From: the human T2T-CHM13v2.0 reference genome, Homo sapiens
Length of the DNA: 64,000 nt
Direction: 5' to 3' (one strand)
NCBI RefSeq assembly: GCF_009914755.1
Contig: NC_060938.1
Of the stretch, positions 58,615 to 64,000 are shown in pieces. The notes below the pieces were generated by a model. That model saw only the letters and a program-made list of their open reading frames with translations, had not been told where the DNA came from and searched no databases. The position numbers and the translations under genes are program-made. Each line of letters begins with the position of its first letter. The first letter of the stretch is position 1.

Positions 58615-60130
58615 CTACCCTGAGGAAGTGACTTTTGATTGAAAATTATCGAAGAGAAGAATTTGGGAGCGAGGAATAGAGTGTACTCGTAGCAAAGAAC
58701 ACTGTTGGCTGGAGTGAGCAGGACACATTTGAGAAATGAGAATGTGGCTGAGTTTAGAATAGAAGGGCCAGAGTGGTAGAGATGAGACTGGAAAGATAGG
58801 TCAGGGCCCAGGACCTAGGTATACAGCTGTGCAACCTGTGCACTGCACAACTTCAAGCAGAGCTCCACACAAACTATGAGACAAATGGAGGCCCTGCAGG
58901 GGCCAGACCTTGTTGGATCTTATAAGCCATGTTAAGGATTTGGACCTGGATTCTAAAAGCAATATAAAACCACTGAAGTGTTTTAAGAAGGGTAGGGAGG
59001 GAGAGAGGGAGGGAGAGAGGGAGAGAGAGAGAGAGAGGAAACCAAATTTGCATTAAAAAACATAACACTCAGCTTCTGTTCATTCAGGACAGAAAGCTCT
59101 GTGAGGAAGACTTCTTAAGAGGTCAGTTTTGTTGACCAAGTGAAAGAAAATGGTGGCTTGGAGAGGGATAGCAGTGAAATGGAGGGAAACAGATCAACTT
59201 AAATATTTCGAAAGCAGAACAGTGTACCTGTTGGTGAATTGGATGTAGAGGGTAAGAGGGAAAGAGGTGTTGTGGGTGGCTCCAGGTGAATTCTGGCAGC
59301 TGGTTAGATGATGGAAACCCTCTTGAACTTGGAGAACCAAGTCAGGATCAGTTCAGCGGCAAGGCTGTGACGTTGGTTGCCTTGAGGTATCCAAGGGAGT
59401 CTTCAAATTCTGAAACACTGCTGGGAGCACAACTGAGGCAAGGACTGGAAACTGCTGGATTTAGCAACTTGGAGATCATTGGTAGCCTTGGTTTTTTTTG
59501 GTGGAGTAAAGAGTCAGATTGGGGTGGTCTGAGGACTGAGTGAGACATGAGCAGATGTTGTCAGTGGGGCTGGACAACACTTTTGAGACACTTGGTTACG
59601 ACAGGGAGGAGGCAGGGTGCCAGTTGACCAATGAGGATGGGGTGAGAGAGGTTTTTTTTTTGTTTTTTTGGTTTTTTTTTAATGGGAGCACATTCTTCAT
59701 GAAAATTCAATGGAAATATAGAGCTTGCATGTACAAAAGAGAAAAAGGATCATTGAAAGTAAAGATTCCTGAGAAGGAGGGGTTGATGGCATCCAAAAAT
59801 AGGTAAGAGAACTTGCCTCAGATTGCTTTGATTGAACTTTCTTACAGGAGAGGGAAAGGAAAAGAGAATGCACGTGGATGTGGGTGGATTGTAGCTCTGA
59901 ATGTGTGACTCTGAAGGACTTTCCAGATGGTGGTTCCTATTGTCTGTACGAAGCAGGAGACGTCATCTAGGCATCACCTGCTGAGAGTGAGGGGTGATTG
60001 TGAGTGGATGTGAGCATACGTGTGCATGCACAACTGCGTACATGTGTGTCTGAGCTCCTATGCTCATCCAGAGTTTTAAAAGAAGCCTAGAAGATTTGAC
60101 ATAATATAGTAGTATTAGGTAGAAAGTTCA
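58615..60130 (-). mobile_element. L2 fragments (degenerate)
   Basis: 'cttataagccatgttaaggatttggacc', 'ggatttagcaacttggagatcattggtagccttg'. Confidence 0.6.
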
Positions 60131-62829
60131 AATTGATAGGACCAGGAGCCAGTCCCAATCCAGTGCCAGGCTTATGGGCAGGACATCAGCATTTATTGAA
60201 GAGAGCAGAGGAGGCTGGGGCTCCTTGAGCATGGTTTCCATCTTTTCTCCTGCACCCCACCTGCTCCTTAGGGACAGCAGATGAGGAGAGAAAACCTAAG
60301 GAGGTACTTAAAATGTTACTGTGATATTTATAGTGTTGTGATGAAAATAGAAAGTCTGTGGATGTGGCTTAAGTGTGGGGAAGAGAAATTGATCACCCAG
60401 GGATCCTGTGCTTCTCTGAAAAGCTGATCTGTGAAGAATTCCTTGTTAAGATGTTAACACATGGATGAGTGATGTACATGTTTCAAGACCACAAGTTGAA
60501 GGGTCAGGACTTGAATTAAGAAGGCAAGTTCATACCTGTTTATAACAGTGGGATGTTTTTAATAATATGTGCTGTCTGTTTGAGGGGTAGTTATATACAT
60601 TACTGCCAGGAAGAATTTAACTCCCCGGTCCTGATGCTTCCATGAAGAAATGTTAGCTCTACTCCTTACGAGGAAACAGCACTGGAGAGACACTGCTGAT
60701 TCCAAGGTAAAATGTTAGGAAGCCCCCTTGTCTGCAGGCCAATGCCTCTGTCTCTTATCCATCTCTACTGGCTCCAAAGCTAATCTTTTAGACTCCATTT
60801 TTTTTTTCTATATCTCACTTGCTCAGATCATGAAAAGGAGAGGGGGTGATTTATAGCCCTCCCTCAAACCAAGCCAGTCACAATTAAGGGCCTGTTAGTG
60901 CCAGGCTTGGATTTTCATACATCATCTTATTTAAGCTTAAAACACCTTGCAAGGCAAGTGTTTTTAATTCCCACTTATCTCATTTAATCCTTACGACAAC
61001 CGTATGGGATCTATGTTATTAACCTTAATTTAGAAACGAAGAAACTGAGGCTTAGAGGTGTTAAGTAAATGAAGTCACTCTGTGGGTAAGTGGCTGGTTT
61101 CAACCCAGTGTTTTGTTAAAGGCAAACAAAGCCCAGGCTCCTTCTCTATGCCACACTGTAGCTGACAGGGAGCGCATTTTGAAGTCCAAGTCTCAACTGA
61201 AGTTGTGAGATTTGGCGGGTCTGGAAGACCTCACTGGAGGTTGTGATGAAAGTCAGAGTCCTGTTCTATACCTGTAATGATGACTTCTCCCACCTCTCCA
61301 CAGCCCCTCCTGCACAACCCCACACTCTTTTTGGAGGTGGTTATTGAATAGAGCAAGACCCGTGCTATGACAGTGCAGATCACAGTCACACTCATTCAGA
61401 AATGAGTTAAGACCCCTACCTAACCTGCTTTTCTTGCTTCAGCCTGGCATATCTTCCTTAGGAAATCGGCACTTACCTAGAGCCCCCTATGTGTAGAACA
61501 CAGTGGCTAAGGCCACGGGGATCTACAAAAGCAATGGGAGACACAGTGGCTGCTTTGCTGAGCTTTATTTCGGGACTTTGTGTGCATTAGAAACTAACAT
61601 TTTTTTCCAACAACACAATCCCCTCCCAGGTTTTCCTCCATTTGCTGACAAATAACTTCCTCAAGAACAAAGACTGAGACCCAGACTTGAGTTTTTGGCT
61701 TGGCCTAAGTTGGGCCCCCAAATGCCCTGTGGTCTCCTCTCCTCACTTCCCTTTTATTTCTGGGGCCTGGAGAAGGATTTGGGCTCAGTGCAATCAGGAG
61801 CTGAGGCAGATTTGGAGCCTGCTTGGCTCAGAGCCACTGGGATTTGGACCCATTAAGGCATGACTCCAGTTTCTTTTTGCAATCTCTCTTGTAACTCTCC
61901 AGTTGGAATTTGTTTAAATTGTCTCTAGGTTGTACTGCCTTGCTTCAAAAGACTTGTTCCATTGTGGAATAGAAAGAGTTTTCATAAAATGTAAAGGCTT
62001 ATGCAAATCGTGTCCTCTCGCTACCATTTCTTCCATCCTAACCCAATCCCTGCCGCCCTTGACTGCAGTTCAGAGGCTTTAGAGTGGCCAGAGAGGAGCA
62101 GGAATCTGTAAGCAACTATGACCTCGACCACTGCTTACTGAGCACTTACTCTGTGCCAGGAACAGTGCCAAGCTTGTTACTTCATTATCTCATTTTCCTT
62201 CTCAATACCCTTATGGTAAGATGTTATTAATATTCTTATTTTAATAGATATATTAAATAACTTGCTCAAGAATACATAGCTTCAGAAAGGGCCAGGATTT
62301 TACTCCTGCTCACAGAACTAGAAATCCAAGGCCTGTGAGTGCTGTGCTTTCCAGTGAGATGTCTCCATAGCCAAGAACAAGGATAATGGGGCTTGAGAGT
62401 AGAAGGACAAAAAAAAAAAAAAAAGAAAAGAAAATATGAATCACCATGATGGGACTTCCTCAAAGAGGCACAAGACTCAGGACCATATCCTGGGTAGTGA
62501 AAAGGTATGAACTCTGTGGTCAGAAAACTGGGTTCAAATATTACTTCTGGCACTTAGAACTGTGCAATTGCAGGCAAGATATTCAGCCTGTTTTAGCCCA
62601 TTATTATTGCCTTATTGCCATTATGGCAACAATAATAATAACAATAATAATTTCCAACAAATCTTACTACCTAGTTTATTTTTCATCTTGTATTTTTTAT
62701 TTCTGGTGTGTATATGAATGTATGGCACTTGGGAAATGCCACCAAAATGATAGATATTATTTGTAATTCAATCATTTATTCAACAAGTATTTATTGAGTG
62801 ACTACACAGTTATTATATTGATTTTTGCC

Positions 62830-64000
62830 CCACAGTTACAGTGCTTAGGGCTTAAGAACTTTTCAAGTACCTGCAAGAATGTTAGAAACCTAAAATTAAA
62901 TTATTAACTCCAAGATAGAAAGCAAAATTTAATAAATGCTTAATTGAGTGTCTATTAAACTAAAATTATGTCAACCAGTTAACTGTTGACAATGCAATGC
63001 TTTTATAATTATATATAAATAATAGAGTTTACACCACAAAAACAAAATAAATTTAACTTGTTAATGGATACTTTTTTAAGATAAAACCATGACTGTCAAA
63101 TAAATATACAAAGTGAACATATGTCAAATATTTTATTTAACTTATTAATTCATGAGGAAATCAGTAAGATGTTACAAGTAGTTCAAAGGAGAATTCAAAG
63201 AGTAGAGCTATATGTAGGTCATGAAATGAATTTACAAATAAATGCAAAATTGGCTTTTTCCATAATTGTTGGGGTGGGGTGGGATTCAATTGTTCCTCCA
63301 CCAGACAGAATTAATTTGCATGTTTATAGAAAAAAATTGTTTACATTGCTATCATTTTATTTTTATAACTTACAGAGTGGTAAAATAGCTCAAAGATAGG
63401 ATAGGTCTAAACCACATAGAATTAGATAAGCCAAAGTGGTATGCTCTAGACAACGCATAGTTTTCCAATAAAAACATCCAGTAATCTCTTTGGTAGTTTT
63501 TAGTACATTTCAAAGTCTTTCACAATTTTTTTCTAACAATCTCCTTCTTCCCCTTGTGATTACATAATCTCAAAGAAAGAATTCTTGATCACAAAATAAG
63601 GCTGATTTCAATTAGGTTTAGCCTGATTGTTTACATAGATGCAGCAAGGATGTTAATTAGCATATCGTTTTTCTTAAGTTTGCCAGTCTTTGCAAATCTT
63701 GAGCTATATAGTACTGAGCAACAACTAATGCTACCAAATTAACTTATGTCTGGGAGTTTTCATAAAAATATCAGATGGGTTTAAAAGCCTCTACTATTTA
63801 CTATCTTGAGGCTAGGAAATCAATTCCAAGAAACTCTCTCTACCAAATTTCACCTGCAGTACCTATGAATTTGGGTGAAATCCTCTTTTCTTACGGTCCC
63901 TGAATATCCTAACGTTACTGGTGTACTAGAAAATGACCTTTCCAACACCTCAAAAGGTGGGGACTCTGTCAGCCAGGAACCAGGCCAGTTTTCCTGGGAG
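62830..64000. mobile_element. AT-rich interspersed repeat; the right part resembles ERV1 internal sequence and runs off the window
   Basis: 'atttcacctgcagtacctatgaatttgggtgaaatcctctttt...ccaggccagttttcc'. Family not securely assigned. Confidence 0.35.

Overview
Human genomic DNA: an AluYb8 with its diagnostic 7-bp duplication lies at 39.4-39.7 kb, and that subfamily is essentially human-specific. I cannot support any host protein-coding exon, RNA gene or CpG-island promoter, so the window looks intronic or intergenic; the locus is not identified. It is repeat-rich: about 9 Alus, LTRs (MER4, MER34, MER39 with nested THE1, MLT1, LTR33-like), L2, L3, MIRs, hAT elements, and a 1.8-kb CA-rich tract whose His/Thr and Cys/Val ORFs are artefacts. 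Four items stand out. (1) A 5.6-kb L1PA3-like element at 45.6-51.3 kb is both a spliced integrant (5'UTR 97/622 junction) and 5'-inverted by twin priming, with 16-bp TSDs. (2) A 300-bp, ~97% identical inverted repeat at 52249-53341 has a perfect ~200-bp core and flanks a 492-bp spacer with a (GC)9(AC)n Z-DNA tract; it is a candidate recurrent inversion. (3) Two interleaved inverted repeats at 5.97-6.62 kb have pseudoknot-like A-B-A'-B' topology. (4) Several short dispersed duplications and perfect hairpins. Repeat subfamily names were assigned by eye from recalled consensus features and need RepeatMasker/Dfam confirmation. I see no convincing new gene system; the novelty is structural.
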